Shown here piece after piece: positions 36,942 to 47,380 of a stretch of 58,284 nt of DNA. The DNA is taken from NCBI GenBank assembly GCA_017462645.1, contig JAFTQR010000015.1, positions 1 to 58,284 on the forward strand, in the 5' to 3' direction. Each line of letters starts with the position of its first letter. Position 1 is the first letter of the stretch. Both the position numbers and the translations under genes were made by a program. Under the pieces are notes generated by a model. That model was not told the origin of the DNA. It did no database searches and saw only the letters and a list, made by a program, of their open reading frames with translations. Origin of the DNA: Acholeplasmatales bacterium. Lineage in GTDB: Bacteria > Bacillota_I > Bacilli_A > Acholeplasmatales > Anaeroplasmataceae.

Positions 36942-38225
36942 TTATACTTCTTTTGCGTTAGATAATAAGAATTCAGATAATGCTTGATAAGATAAATCAC
37001 TATAATATCTAGCTAAATTAGCTTGCATTAATTCCTCAACTGTCTTACCAGTCTTTTCTGCATCCTCTTTTGCTCTAGCTTCCATAGCTTCCTTAGAAGG
37101 CATTAGCTTTTCATCCTCAATAATCTTAGAAGCTACAACATTAAATAATGCTTGACGAGATGCTTGCTTAGAAGCCTCTGCATCAAATTGCTCCTTAGTA
37201 ATACCCATTAAGCTTAAGAATGTATCAAATGGAATATTATACATCTTAGCTTGTTGTTCATATTGACCCTTGAATTGAGCTACTCTTTCATCAATTAAGC
37301 TTTGAGGCATATCAACCTTAGCACCATCTAAAATCTTATTAACGATTTCATCAAATTGACGATCCTTTTCACTTACAGCCTTACGAGCTTCAATTTCAGC
37401 CTTCTTTACAGCCTTTAATTCTTCTAAATTAGAAGCACCCTCAATCTTTAAGCCTTGAACGTATTCATCAGTTAATTCAGGGAACTTTTCTTCCTTAACC
37501 TCATGTACTGTTACCTTAAATACAGCAGCTTTACCAGCTAATGAAGCCTCACCATAATTTTCAGGGAAAGTAACATTAACATCCTTAACCTCTTCAGCCT
37601 TCATACCGATCATTTGATCCTCGAAGCCTGGAATAAATTGACCTGAACCAATTTGTAATTCATAATTTTCAGCAGTACCACCTGGGAATGCAACGCCATC
37701 AACTGAACCAGCAAAATCAAATGTAGCATAATCACCCTTAGCGATAACTTGCTCTGCCTTAGTAACCATTTCTGCATCCTTCTTTGCTAATGCATTAACA
37801 GCAGCTAAAACCTCTTCCTCAGTTGCAGCTAATTGCTTAGCCTTAACCTCAACACCCTTATATTCTGGTAATTCTACCTCTGGATAAACATCAACAATTA
37901 AAGAAACCTTGAAAGGATTGCCACGTACAATCTTTTCATCTAATGCTGGCATAAATCTACCAACAATAGTTCTTGCTAATTCTTGATCCTTATAAATTTC
38001 ATCTACCTTTTCATTTAAGATTGTATTTAATGCTTCATCATATAATGATTCAACACCATATGTCTTTTCAAATACAGATCTAGGAGCCTTACCAGCTCTA
38101 AAGCCCTTAATAGTAACCTTTGCGTTTTCTACCTCGAATGCAGCATCTAATGCCTTTTCAAATTCTTCAGCAGTTACATCAAAAGTAATCTTAACTTGAC
38201 TATGTTCTAACTTTTCAACAACCAT
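36942..38225 (-). CDS. tig: Trigger factor
   Basis: GFRAGKAP ribosome-binding motif; FKBP domain GSGQFIPGFE, VTFPENY. Start is ATG 38225 or GTG 38234. Confidence 0.97.
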   Translation of the reverse strand: MVVEKLEHSQVKITFDVTAEEFEKALDAAFEVENAKVTIKGFRAGKAPRSVFEKTYGVESLYDEALNTILNEKVDEIYKDQELARTIVGRFMPALDEKIVRGNPFKVSLIVDVYPEVELPEYKGVEVKAKQLAATEEEVLAAVNALAKKDAEMVTKAEQVIAKGDYATFDFAGSVDGVAFPGGTAENYELQIGSGQFIPGFEDQMIGMKAEEVKDVNVTFPENYGEASLAGKAAVFKVTVHEVKEEKFPELTDEYVQGLKIEGASNLEELKAVKKAEIEARKAVSEKDRQFDEIVNKILDGAKVDMPQSLIDERVAQFKGQYEQQAKMYNIPFDTFLSLMGITKEQFDAEASKQASRQALFNVVASKIIEDEKLMPSKEAMEARAKEDAEKTGKTVEELMQANLARYYSDLSYQALSEFLLSNAKEV

Positions 38226-38378
38226 GATTATCACGCAGATCGAGATATTACAGGAATAATCTGCTCCTCCTAATACTTATTATATTAACTATCTCTAATT
38301 CCTTAATTTTTTATACAATTCAACATTATAATTATATCATAATTATTACTAAAGTAAAGGAACAAAATGAAATTTTAC

Positions 38379-39776
38379 CTAAACCTTAATATTTTTCCAT
38401 TTACCTTGCTTAAATCTAACCATATTACACGTAAATCTAATGCTTTGATCAATACCCATACCTATCCATGCACCAATAACACCCAAACCAATTGGATAGC
38501 ATAGTAAATATGAAATAATAGGTCTAATTGCTGTAACACTAATTAGTGATAATGTTGCAGTATATTTAGTATCACCACTACCTCTTAATATACCTGTTAT
38601 AACCCATTGTATATTTTGAGGAAGCGTTATAAATGCCGCAAGCAGCATTACATTAGACGCCATATTATATCTATATTCCATTTCTGGTACATATAAATCA
38701 ATTAAAAAGCCCTTGCAAGTGGACATAAATATACAAATCAATATAGCAAACATAAAGGATATAATCATGCTAACCTTAGCATAAACAACAGCTAAATCCT
38801 TTCTTTTTTCACCGAGCCTATGTCCAACTACGGCAGCTGTACCTATAGAAAAGCCATCTGCTAAGGTAAACATTAAGGAATTCATATCATTACATATACC
38901 ATGTATATATGTAGCATCATCACCTAAATAATTTACTATCAAGGCAAATAATATAAAGCCAATTCTTAAAAATATTTGATCAATCAGAGTAGATGGTAAT
39001 AAATTACCAACCGTTTTTAACATTTCCTTATCAATGGTAAATAAGCTTTTAAATTGTAATTTTAAATAACCATTCTTTCTCATTACAGCGATTAAGCTTA
39101 TTAGGAATGCTATAGCATTACCAAAAACTGTCGCGATAGCTGCACCCTCAATTCCTAATTTAGGAAATCCATAATTACCATTTATTAACAAATAATTAAA
39201 GCATATGTTAACAATATTAGCTATTAAATTAGTATATAACGATATCTTAGTTTTTCCTATTCCTCTTTGACATGCATTAATTGTCAATCTTAAGGCGTTA
39301 AAAATAAAGCCTGCCGATATTATAAATAAATATGAGGATGCATAATCAATTGTTGAACTTGTAGCACCCATCCAGCTACATAATGTCCTAGACATTAAAC
39401 ATACAAAAATAGTTAAAATAATAGCTATAATGGCACTAAGCTGAATACCAACATGCATAGCTCTATTAGTTTCTTCTTTATTCTTAGATCCATATCTCCT
39501 TGATACAATTGCGGTTATCGCAATATTTAAAGCAGTGATAAAGCATATCATAAAATATATAGGCTGTTTAGTTATAGTTACAGCTGCATTAGCATTATTT
39601 CCTAATGAGGAAACCATTATACCATCAAACATAGTAACTAATGCAACTAAAAAGCCTTCAAGCATTGAAGGCCATACTATTTTCATTACATCCTTTGAAA
39701 CCTTACCAAAGGCTGGAATAGGGCCTTCCTTTTCACTTTCCTTAACATACCTATCTGTATCTAACATTTTAACCAT
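38379..39776 (-). CDS. MATE family efflux transporter
   Basis: FDGIMVS, NYLLING..GFPKLGIEGAAIAT, LRGSGDTK. Confidence 0.92.
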   Translation of the reverse strand: MVKMLDTDRYVKESEKEGPIPAFGKVSKDVMKIVWPSMLEGFLVALVTMFDGIMVSSLGNNANAAVTITKQPIYFMICFITALNIAITAIVSRRYGSKNKEETNRAMHVGIQLSAIIAIILTIFVCLMSRTLCSWMGATSSTIDYASSYLFIISAGFIFNALRLTINACQRGIGKTKISLYTNLIANIVNICFNYLLINGNYGFPKLGIEGAAIATVFGNAIAFLISLIAVMRKNGYLKLQFKSLFTIDKEMLKTVGNLLPSTLIDQIFLRIGFILFALIVNYLGDDATYIHGICNDMNSLMFTLADGFSIGTAAVVGHRLGEKRKDLAVVYAKVSMIISFMFAILICIFMSTCKGFLIDLYVPEMEYRYNMASNVMLLAAFITLPQNIQWVITGILRGSGDTKYTATLSLISVTAIRPIISYLLCYPIGLGVIGAWIGMGIDQSIRFTCNMVRFKQGKWKNIKV

Positions 39777-39816
39777 AGTATCAACACCTTTAAATCAATT
39801 ATATCATAAAACAACA

Positions 39817-39846
39817 AAAAATACTCAGTATAAAACTGAGTATTAA
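39817..39846 (-). terminator. Terminator after the AEC transporter
   Basis: AATACTCAGT-loop-ACTGAGTATT followed by a T tract. Confidence 0.8.
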
Positions 39847-39849
39847 TTA

Positions 39850-40845
39850 TTAGAATATTCCAATTCCAGAGCAAATCAATATTATTATAAATAATGATAT
39901 TGCAGACAAGGCACTAGTCCAAACTACTATTTGTCCTGCAAGCTCCTCATCTTGCCCCATTTGAGCAGCCATAGGGGCACTAGATACAGCAATTGGCGTT
40001 GCAAACAACGCAATTAATATTGCAAACTCTGTAACACTATCAAAGCCTAAAAAGTAAGCAACTGTTAAAAAGACTGCTGGAGTAATAACAAGTCTTAATG
40101 AACAAGAAATTGTTAATTGCTTCCATAATGCTTTAACAGCCTTAAATTCAAATTTACCACCCAACACAATTAACGCTAATGGTGTTGCAAGATTTGCAAT
40201 ACTTGAAATAGTTTTAGGAATAAATGTCGCATCATTATTTAAAAATGCTGATACATTTCCTCCCATTTCATTAATTCCCATAGATATAAAGCAAACTAAT
40301 AATCCTGAAAATACACCGATAATTAAAGGATTAGTAGCTATCTTTTTTAATATCTTTTTAATATCAATTGCATTACCCTCTTCCTTATCATATATTGTTA
40401 GGGCAATAACAGCTAATATATTAAATAAAGGTACTGTTGCTGCTGCAACAATAGAGGCTGCAGCCTTTGCTGAATCTCCTCCTAATGACATTGCAAGAGG
40501 AATACCTATAATAGCATAATTAGATCTGAATGCTGCTTGAAGCATAACTCCCTTTTGTTTTTTATCTGGGATAAACATAACAACAACCATTCCAATAAAG
40601 AATAAAGCTAATATAGCAGCTGCTGAAAAGCCTACAAAGGCCCAATCTATAGATTTTAAATTTGCTTGATATAAATTACTAAATAATAGGATTGGAATAA
40701 AAACTCCAAATACTATTTTATTACATTCATTTAAGAAATTCTTAGATACAAAGCCAATTCTTTTTAAGAAATAACCTAAAAATACAGGTAATAAAATAGG
40801 TAAAATAGCATTTAATGTAAATTGTAAATGTTCCATACTACTCAC
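39850..40845 (-). CDS. AEC (auxin efflux carrier) family transporter
   Basis: FRSNYAIIGIP, ATNPLI, TPLALIVLG, TPIAVSS. Confidence 0.9.
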   Translation of the reverse strand: MSSMEHLQFTLNAILPILLPVFLGYFLKRIGFVSKNFLNECNKIVFGVFIPILLFSNLYQANLKSIDWAFVGFSAAAILALFFIGMVVVMFIPDKKQKGVMLQAAFRSNYAIIGIPLAMSLGGDSAKAAASIVAAATVPLFNILAVIALTIYDKEEGNAIDIKKILKKIATNPLIIGVFSGLLVCFISMGINEMGGNVSAFLNNDATFIPKTISSIANLATPLALIVLGGKFEFKAVKALWKQLTISCSLRLVITPAVFLTVAYFLGFDSVTEFAILIALFATPIAVSSAPMAAQMGQDEELAGQIVVWTSALSAISLFIIILICSGIGIF

Positions 40846-42340
40846 TATCCTTTTCTATTATATTATCTCCTATATTTCCATTAAATTCAACATTTTTAAC
40901 GGAAACATTTTCCACATTAAAACAATATAATCCAATATTCTTCATTGTAAAATTATGCTCAATCATAACAGGATAGCCTTCCTCACAAGCATTATTATAG
41001 CTAAAGCTTACATTTTCAAATTCTAAGCCTTCTATTTTAGATTCAGGTAATCCTAAAAACACTCCTGCGGCATATTCAACATTTGTGCATTTCATATTTG
41101 AAAACCTAAATTTACCAATAATAGGAGTTCTATCATCTACTGGTAGCTTCTTAGTAGTCCATACATATTCTGTATGACCACCTGCAGGACCCATATTGTA
41201 ATACATATTTATAACAAAAGGTGTTTTTACAGAATCCATAATAATATTATCAAATGATACATTATTAATTCCACCAATATTTCCTCTACCTCTTCTTGTT
41301 TTGATTCTTAGGCCTCTATCAGTATTTTTAAAAATACATTTTTCTACTATTACATTTTCTACTCCACCTGATGATTCAGACCCAAATACTACACCACCAT
41401 GACCCTGTTCCATAAAGTTATTAGAAATATATAAATTAGAGCATGATTTTTTATATTTTTTAGCTAATTCTATTGTTCCAGACTTAATCGCAATACAATC
41501 ATCACCTACATTAAAATAGCATCCTAATATCTTAACATCGAAGCAACAATCAGGATCAATTCCATCAGTTGTTGGCATAGAAGGCTTATTTTCTACCCTC
41601 ATATTTATAAAAGAAAGCTTATTACTAAAATATGGATGAATCGCCCAGCTTTGTGTATCATGAACATATAATCCTATAAAATTAATATTATCACTTCTAT
41701 TAGTAAATATCGCATGTCCTCTCCATGCTATATTCATAACTCTATGATTAATATACCAATCACCATTTTCAGCCTGACAATCAATTTCACCCTGACCACA
41801 AATATCTACGTTCTTAACATTAACACAGTTAATAATAGATGCGAAATTATTAACCTCAGAGCCCTCCCATACACCAAAATTATAACCATCAACTAAACCA
41901 GGAAAAATTGGATAATCCATTCTATCTGTTTTAGCTAATAGCTTAGCTCCTTGTTCAAAATATAGAGTCATATTTGATTTTAAAAATAATGATGAAACTA
42001 AATAAGTTCCCTTATTTATATAAACACAGCCATCCTCTGGACAGCACATAATAGCAGCTTGGATTTTAGCTGTATCATCATTAATTCCATAACCTATTGC
42101 GTTAAAATCCTTAACATATAGACAAGCTGACTCATTTTTTGTTTTAACAACAACGCTTTTGTCTAATATAGAAATATTATATTCAGTATTTGGATTTAAA
42201 TCATAAATAGTAAAAACATTTCTATTTTCATTAAAGCATAAATCATTAACATAAACATTAAAATCCTTATCATTATAATATGGATAATTATTAACAAGCT
42301 CAATTGTAATTGTTCTAGATGTAATATTTATAACCTTCAT
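40838..42340 (-). CDS. GH28 polygalacturonase-like enzyme with an N-terminal Fn3-like domain and no signal peptide
   Basis: DDTAKIQAAI, TTDGIDP, GDDCIAIKSG, GHGG, LRIKT. ATG at 42340 follows GAGGGTGA. Confidence 0.92.
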   Translation of the reverse strand: MKVINITSRTITIELVNNYPYYNDKDFNVYVNDLCFNENRNVFTIYDLNPNTEYNISILDKSVVVKTKNESACLYVKDFNAIGYGINDDTAKIQAAIMCCPEDGCVYINKGTYLVSSLFLKSNMTLYFEQGAKLLAKTDRMDYPIFPGLVDGYNFGVWEGSEVNNFASIINCVNVKNVDICGQGEIDCQAENGDWYINHRVMNIAWRGHAIFTNRSDNINFIGLYVHDTQSWAIHPYFSNKLSFINMRVENKPSMPTTDGIDPDCCFDVKILGCYFNVGDDCIAIKSGTIELAKKYKKSCSNLYISNNFMEQGHGGVVFGSESSGGVENVIVEKCIFKNTDRGLRIKTRRGRGNIGGINNVSFDNIIMDSVKTPFVINMYYNMGPAGGHTEYVWTTKKLPVDDRTPIIGKFRFSNMKCTNVEYAAGVFLGLPESKIEGLEFENVSFSYNNACEEGYPVMIEHNFTMKNIGLYCFNVENVSVKNVEFNGNIGDNIIEKDSE

Positions 42341-42466
42341 TTTATCACCCTCTATTTTGATTTTAACACGACAAATAAGCATTTATGGAAAAACTAACAC
42401 AAAAATAATTTTATTAATTGCTAAAATATTTATTTCATATATAATGAAATTAACTGGAGGTATTTT

Positions 42467-43216
42467 ATGCACGATTTATTTGGTTATAAGCACATTATTT
42501 TAATGATAGTATCATTTACTGCTATCATAGTTGGTTTTATTCTTACAAGAAAGCTTAGCTATAGCAAAATGCTAAAGGGAATGCTTATTATAGGGGTCAT
42601 ATCTGAAATTATAAAGGTATTTTATTATATTATTCAAAATGAGAATACACTTGGTGGATATCTTCCAAAGGCTGATTTACCATTTCACCTATGCTCAATA
42701 CAAATAATATTCCTATTTGTTCTATTCTTGGCTAAAAGTGATAAAATTAAAAGGATTATAATGTCCTTTATGATTCCTTCTTGCTTATTTGGTGGTATAT
42801 TTGCTATATTAATAGCTACATATACATCAAGAAATGGACTTTGGATATTAACATTACAATATTTTGGATATCATGCAGCTATATCAGTATTTGCATTATA
42901 TTTATTTAGAAATTTAAAGCTTACTATTAGGGACTATATTAATTGTCTTATTTTCCTTGGTGTAATTGGTATGCTGTCAATTTATTTAAATAGTGTGTTA
43001 TATGATGGTACAAATAATGTTAATTTTATGTATACCGTTTCTCCACCTGAGGATAATTTACCGTATTTAAATAAAGACGATGGTTGGTTTGCATATATTT
43101 TAAGGTATGCATCACTTGCAGTATTATTAATTACTCTATTATATATCAAGCCTATTATTAATAACTTTAGAAAGCCTAAGGTTATAATTAAAGAGGAAAC
43201 AGATTACGTATCATAA
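42467..43216 (+). CDS. YwaF/TMEM164-like integral membrane protein
   Basis: LPFHLCS, YFGYH, NVNFMY; hydrophobic. Confidence 0.8.
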   Translation: MHDLFGYKHIILMIVSFTAIIVGFILTRKLSYSKMLKGMLIIGVISEIIKVFYYIIQNENTLGGYLPKADLPFHLCSIQIIFLFVLFLAKSDKIKRIIMSFMIPSCLFGGIFAILIATYTSRNGLWILTLQYFGYHAAISVFALYLFRNLKLTIRDYINCLIFLGVIGMLSIYLNSVLYDGTNNVNFMYTVSPPEDNLPYLNKDDGWFAYILRYASLAVLLITLLYIKPIINNFRKPKVIIKEETDYVS

Positions 43217-43220
43217 AAAG

Positions 43221-43256
43221 AAAAAAATGTGAGATTCAATCTCACATTTTATTTTT
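43221..43256. terminator. Bidirectional terminator
   Basis: AAAATGTGAGATT-c-AATCTCACATTTT. Confidence 0.88.
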
Positions 43257-44560
43257 TAAGCAATTAAGCTTTCATATAATGAAGATAATGTTTTATCATA
43301 ATCTCCACCAGCTACACCAATAATAATATTTAATTCAGATGGTCCTTGTGCTAAAAGCTTAACATTAATCTTTTCAGTACCTAATGTTTGGAAAACCTTA
43401 GCGCAAACACCACTTCTCTTAGCCATATTTCTACCTACAACTGCAACTAAGGCAATATCCTTTTCTACAGTAACATTACAGTTTAATTGTGTCTTTAATT
43501 CAGTTACAAGCTCATATTGACACTTTTCAACTGAAGATTGTGCAACAACAACTGAGAATGAATCAATTCCTGAAGGTACATGCTCAATTGAAACATTGTA
43601 TTTTTCAAAAATAGCTAAAGTCTTACACATAAAGCCTATTTCATTAGACATATGATCCTTTGAAATATTGAAAGAAATGAAATCCTTTCTACCAGCAATA
43701 CCAGTAACAATATTTTCATTATCAGTACATACATTTCTAATAATTGTTCCTGGATTTTGAGGATCATTTGTATTCTTTAAATTAATAGGAATATTTAATT
43801 GTTGAACTGGGAATACAGTTTCCTCATGTAATACAGAGAAGCCCATATAAGATAATTCTCTTAATTCTGCATAAGTAATTTCCTTAATAGATTTAGGATT
43901 CTTAATAATACGAGGGTCAGCTGCTAAAATACCAGATACATCTGTCCAGTTTTCATATAATGAAACATTTAAGCATTTAGCTAAGATAGAGCCTGTTACA
44001 TCAGAGCCACCTCTAGATAATAGCTTAACAGAACCATTTGGATAAGAGCCATAGAAGCCTGGAACAACAATAGTACCATACTTAGAGAATGCAAGCTTTA
44101 CATTCTTTTCTGTTTGAGCATCATCTAAAACACCATCATAATTATAAATTAATAGGTCTTTAGCATCAACAAATGTATAACCTAGATATTTACTCATAAG
44201 CTTAGCAGTTAAATATTCTCCTCTTGAAACTAAATAATCCTGAGAAATATTTTTATTAAGCTCTTCCTTTAGAGCATCTAAATCCTTTGTGATATCATAA
44301 TCAATACCTAATTCCTTTTCAACACCAACAAATCTATCATATAGCATTTGCCAAATATCCTCATAAGGAACAGAATATTTTAAATGTGCATGTAAAATAA
44401 ATAAAAGGTCAGTAATTTTTGTATCACTACTTTGTCTTTTACCTAATGCAGAAACTACAACAATCTTTCTTTTAGGGTCAGATGTTACAATATTTTTTAC
44501 TTTTTCGAATTGGGTAGCACATGATAACGAACTGCCACCAAATTTTGTCACTACTAACAT
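43256..44560 (-). CDS. lysC: Aspartate kinase
   Basis: KFGGSS, SRGE, RGGSD, WTDV, ADPR, two ACT domains. Confidence 0.95.
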   Translation of the reverse strand: MLVVTKFGGSSLSCATQFEKVKNIVTSDPKRKIVVVSALGKRQSSDTKITDLLFILHAHLKYSVPYEDIWQMLYDRFVGVEKELGIDYDITKDLDALKEELNKNISQDYLVSRGEYLTAKLMSKYLGYTFVDAKDLLIYNYDGVLDDAQTEKNVKLAFSKYGTIVVPGFYGSYPNGSVKLLSRGGSDVTGSILAKCLNVSLYENWTDVSGILAADPRIIKNPKSIKEITYAELRELSYMGFSVLHEETVFPVQQLNIPINLKNTNDPQNPGTIIRNVCTDNENIVTGIAGRKDFISFNISKDHMSNEIGFMCKTLAIFEKYNVSIEHVPSGIDSFSVVVAQSSVEKCQYELVTELKTQLNCNVTVEKDIALVAVVGRNMAKRSGVCAKVFQTLGTEKINVKLLAQGPSELNIIIGVAGGDYDKTLSSLYESLIA

Positions 44561-44568
44561 ACAACCTC

Positions 44569-45582
44569 CTACATTTCATCAAGATGTGCTAGCTTCATTG
44601 CGATTTGTACAGCATTAGTTGCTGCACCCTTTCTAACTTGGTCACCACAGCACCATAATGTAATACCTTTTTCATTTAATAAATCTTGACGTACTCTACC
44701 TACATATACTAAATCCTGATTTGAAGTTACTAAAGGCATTGGATAAATCTTATTTTCTGGATCATCATATAGCTTACAGCCCTTTTCATTAGCTATAGCA
44801 GCCTTTACAGCTTCAATATCAAGCTTATCCTCTGTTACTACAGTTACAGAAATTGAATGAGAACGAACTACAGGAACACGTACACAAGTACAAGTAACTA
44901 ATAATTCAGGTAAATGCATAATCTTACGACCTTCATTTTGCATTTTCATTTCCTCTGTTGTATAGCCATTATCTAAGAATGAACCAATTTGTGGAATTAG
45001 GTTTTCAGCAATTTGATATTGGAATACCTCATTAGTAATTTCACCACCATTAATAATAGCCTTCATTTGGTTTTCAAGCTCTAATGGTCCACCTACACCA
45101 GCACCAGATGTTGCTTGATAAGTAGATGCGTTCATACCTTTAATTTTAGATAATTTATTAATAGCATTAACAGCTACTAATGTAATAATAGTTGAGCAGT
45201 TTGGATTTGCGATAATACCCTTGTTTAGGAATGCATCATCACCATTAATCTCAGGTACAACTAGAGGTACATCATCACACATACGGAATGCGCTTGAATT
45301 ATCAATAAATACAGCACCAGATTCAACGATATCACTAGCAAATTCCTTAGCAATAGCGTTAGTAGCAGCACCTAATACGAAATCTAAGCCCTTAAATGCA
45401 CCCTTTTGTGCTAATTGACACTTTACTGCTTCGCCTCTAAACATAATTTCCTTACCAACGCTTCTTGAGCTAGCTAATAATCTAAGCTCGTTTATAGGGA
45501 AATTTCTTTCTTCTAATATATTTAACATTTCACGACCTACAGCACCTGTAGCACCTAAAATACCAACATTATATTTCTTCAT
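44569..45582 (-). CDS. asd: Aspartate-semialdehyde dehydrogenase
   Basis: GATGAVG, DNSSAFR, ANPNCST, RVPVVRSH, KGAATNA. Confidence 0.97.
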   Translation of the reverse strand: MKKYNVGILGATGAVGREMLNILEERNFPINELRLLASSRSVGKEIMFRGEAVKCQLAQKGAFKGLDFVLGAATNAIAKEFASDIVESGAVFIDNSSAFRMCDDVPLVVPEINGDDAFLNKGIIANPNCSTIITLVAVNAINKLSKIKGMNASTYQATSGAGVGGPLELENQMKAIINGGEITNEVFQYQIAENLIPQIGSFLDNGYTTEEMKMQNEGRKIMHLPELLVTCTCVRVPVVRSHSISVTVVTEDKLDIEAVKAAIANEKGCKLYDDPENKIYPMPLVTSNQDLVYVGRVRQDLLNEKGITLWCCGDQVRKGAATNAVQIAMKLAHLDEM

Positions 45583-45624
45583 AATAAATCTCTCTCCTTT
45601 TATGCCAATTTAAGCATATAAACA

Positions 45625-45653
45625 ATTATAAACCTTAATGAAATGAATTTCAA
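45625..45653 (-). promoter_or_regulatory. SigA promoter of asd-lysC
   Basis: TTGAAA-N17-TATAAT. Confidence 0.75.
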
Positions 45654-45789
45654 CAAAAATAAACATTTTCACGTACATTTTTTAATTTTGTTCGTGCAAC
45701 GCAAACACTGATTAAAAAACTGTTTAATTATTATTCTTGCTTCATATTATTAAATGTATTTTTGTATTATTTGTATATTGTAAATATCA

Positions 45790-46497
45790 TTATCCAAATA
45801 ATACATTTTCCATATCATAATAGCCGATACTCTTATCAACAAGCCATTTTGCAGCTTTTATAGCACCAACAGCAAATATTTTCTTAGATTGAGCTAAATG
45901 ACGAACACTAATTATTTCATCCTCGCCACAATACATTACCTCGTGCTCACCAACAATAGATCCACCTCTAATAGCATGAACCCCAACCTCATTAGGTTTA
46001 CGTGGTGAATAACCATCTCTACCATATACTGGTTCAAAGCCTGTAGCATCTACTACTGACTTTAAAAGCATCTTAGCAGTACCACTAGGTGCATCTACCT
46101 TATGATGGTGATGAGCCTCAGTAATCTCAATATCAAATGAATCCTTTAGGATTGGAGTAATTTCCTTTACTAATCTATTCATTAGAATAACACCTAATGA
46201 AAAATTAGCACTTCTTAATACTGGACAATAATTAGATAGATCCTTAATCTTAGCTAATTGCTCATTAGTATAGCCTGTTGTAGCAAATACTACAGGCTTT
46301 TTATTTATTTTACAATAATCATAAATCATATCTAAATTAGCAGGATTTGAAAAATCAATTATTACATCAAATGAATCCTTAACATCAAATAGTGATTTAT
46401 ATTCACATTCTAAAGCAACATTACAAGCTAGTTCTGCCCCAAGCATTTCACTTATAATTTTACCCATTGCGCCGTAACCAACTACACAAGCCTTCAT
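45790..46497 (-). CDS. dapB: 4-hydroxy-tetrahydrodipicolinate reductase
   Basis: GYGAMG, IDFS, ATTG, EAHHHHKVDAPSGTA, RGGSIVGEH. Confidence 0.97.
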   Translation of the reverse strand: MKACVVGYGAMGKIISEMLGAELACNVALECEYKSLFDVKDSFDVIIDFSNPANLDMIYDYCKINKKPVVFATTGYTNEQLAKIKDLSNYCPVLRSANFSLGVILMNRLVKEITPILKDSFDIEITEAHHHHKVDAPSGTAKMLLKSVVDATGFEPVYGRDGYSPRKPNEVGVHAIRGGSIVGEHEVMYCGEDEIISVRHLAQSKKIFAVGAIKAAKWLVDKSIGYYDMENVLFG

Positions 46498-47378
46498 TAG
46501 TAAATCAACTCCTTAATTCTATCGATTTCATTCGTTAAAATCTTCTTATTTCCTTCACTCATATAATCTAGTGGCATTCTATATCCACCAACATTCATAC
46601 CTAAATAATTCATAGCCTCCTTAACAGGAATTGGATTTACCTCAATAAATAAATCATTAATTAAATCTAATAAATCCTGTTGTAGCTTATTAGCCTCAAC
46701 ATATTCACCCTCTAAGCATAAATCAACAATCTTAGCTGTTTGCTTTGGTGCAATATTTGCAACAACTGAAATAACACCCATAGCACCAATAGACATCATA
46801 GGAACAATAATATCATCATTACCAGAATACATAGCAAAATCATTACTTAATAGCTTTGCAACCTTAGATGAATAGCTAATATTTCCTGATGCTTCCTTAA
46901 TTCCACAAATATTTGGATGCTTAGATAATACCTCTAAAGCATGAATAGACATTGACATACCTGTTCTACCAGGAACATTATACATAATTACAGGACATAA
47001 TGATGCATCAGCAACAGCTTGGAAATGCTTAATAAGCCCACTTTCATTTGTTTTATTATAATAAGGAGTAATAACTAATACATAATCAGCTCCCATTTCA
47101 GAATATTTCTTAGACATTCTTACTGCCTTTTCTGTTTCATTTGAACCAGAACCAACAATTAATGGAACTCTCTTATTTATCTTTTTAACACTATATTCAA
47201 CAATTTCAGCTTCCTCTTCAAAAGATAAAGTTGAAGCCTCACCTGTTGTTCCTAATATAACAATACCACCACTATTATTAGCAATATGGTATTCTAACAA
47301 ATTACCTAATTCCTCAAAATTAACACTACCATCATTATTAAATGGTGTAACTAAAGCTACTATACTTCCCTTTAACAT
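46497..47378 (-). CDS. dapA: 4-hydroxy-tetrahydrodipicolinate synthase
   Basis: GTTGE, TPYYNK, YNVPGRT, IKEASG, NPIPVK. Confidence 0.97.
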   Translation of the reverse strand: MLKGSIVALVTPFNNDGSVNFEELGNLLEYHIANNSGGIVILGTTGEASTLSFEEEAEIVEYSVKKINKRVPLIVGSGSNETEKAVRMSKKYSEMGADYVLVITPYYNKTNESGLIKHFQAVADASLCPVIMYNVPGRTGMSMSIHALEVLSKHPNICGIKEASGNISYSSKVAKLLSNDFAMYSGNDDIIVPMMSIGAMGVISVVANIAPKQTAKIVDLCLEGEYVEANKLQQDLLDLINDLFIEVNPIPVKEAMNYLGMNVGGYRMPLDYMSEGNKKILTNEIDRIKELIY

Positions 47379-47380
47379 AA

